Shown piece by piece: positions 63,001 through 64,000 of a DNA stretch of 64,000 nt; positions within the stretch are counted from its first letter, which is position 1, and each line of letters begins with the position of its first letter. The position numbers and the translations under genes are program-made. The stretch is taken from the NCBI GenBank assembly GCA_965153285.1, contig OZ229115.1. One strand, written 5' to 3'. The notes below the pieces were generated by a model. That model saw nothing but the letters and a program-made list of their open reading frames with translations. It did no database searches and was not told where the DNA came from. This DNA is from Podarcis tiliguerta (lineage: Eukaryota).

Positions 63001-64000
63001 GGCCTATGCCATTAGGCAATGCAGCTTTGTTTAAAGGGCCACAGCAATGGAACAGGCCTTGGAGGCAGCAAGAAAGGAGGCATTCCTCCAGCAGATTGTG
63101 TTACTGTGCAATGCCAATAAAGTGCCATGCCTAAGCAGCATATGCACCACCCAGCTGGCCTGTGCAATCATCAAGAGCTAGCTAAGGCCCTTGGGCAGCT
63201 CAGGGAAGGGGCTCAGCCTCTCTGGTCAGCTGCTTAGTTCCCATGACTGTAAACTGAGCTGACAAGAAAGCATATCCTTATCACTAACCCTTCCCAGGTC
63301 TGCACATCCAAGAAGCCTGGTGTCTGTGCAATGGAAAAGGGAATGAAGCAGAAGCAGAAGTACAGCAAGGAGTCCAGCTGCTGCTAAAAATATGCCACAT
63401 TGTTTGGGGAGCCCAGGTTCAAAGGGATATGCACCTATGACAATGCACACAAAGGTTGCATGCGATGAGCCAGATTGTAATAACAGCATGAGGAATTGGA
63501 GCAGGGTTAACCCACAGTCCTGATCAGAATCCTGATGGGAGCTTTCCTCCCAGTACAGATAAATAGCAGTCAAGTCCAATCAGGAAAACAGCAGGAATAA
63601 AATGTATGCACAGTAAAATTATGGAAGCGTTAAAATACAAAAGACTTGATCTGCTGCTGCCTCTTACTCGCATCCAAAAGGGCATGTAGATGAATTGACT
63701 CTACTCTACTACAACTCCAATCTCTGTTTGTCTTTACTTGCCATTATCTTGCCCTTATTGACTTAGTAAGAGGTGGACTACGTTTGTCCAAAGGAATCCA
63801 AGCCTCGTGGTTTCCTCTGGGAAATTGCTACAATGCCCAACAGAAGCATTTCACAAATCTTCCAAGTTCTCCTCTAGGTCAGTATGGCAACCGATCCATT
63901 TTTGAGCAAGTCATTTCTAAGCAGTTATTTTTGCAAAACATAACTTAAATGCACACCAAATAGAGCCTGTAACCCACCACTGGCGGAACACATGTTTCGT

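Noticed and set aside
55325-64000. Search for the upstream SOGA1 exon (ending ..LEQDxK) and promoter
   Set aside because: Not found; the region appears intronic, so the 5' exons lie outside the window.

Overview
Vertebrate (squamate) genomic DNA, probably from a lacertid lizard; this is inferred from a young Sauria/Squam1-type SINE and Squam3-like SINEs. The window holds the 3' 13 coding exons of SOGA1/MTCL2 on the minus strand (55324 down to the stop at 13225-13227). All introns are GT-AG with consistent phases, giving 4269 nt spliced (1422 aa plus stop); the 5' exons lie beyond 64000. A 3' UTR with an AATAAA signal follows near 10476. The introns carry SINEs, hAT and Tigger-like MITEs (several with intact TSDs), L1/L2/CR1 fragments and microsatellites, and there is one 180-N gap. 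The main finding is a hidden in-frame alternative acceptor at 34800. It appends PTCLLILCLLLFSTLSSATVVKFLLLFILFVVL* to ...SEFQ, a near position-for-position match to the hydrophobic C-terminal tail of the paralog SOGA3 as I recall it. It sits in an intron with five UGCAUG (RBFOX) motifs and has a downstream intronic AATAAA. Together with a strong-Kozak internal Met homologous to the KIAA0408 start, this suggests SOGA1 keeps the same split architecture as the SOGA3/KIAA0408 locus (membrane-anchored N-half, free C-half, full length). Sequence left of about 10 kb has no gene I can identify but includes a purine-rich, decayed-coding-like tract.
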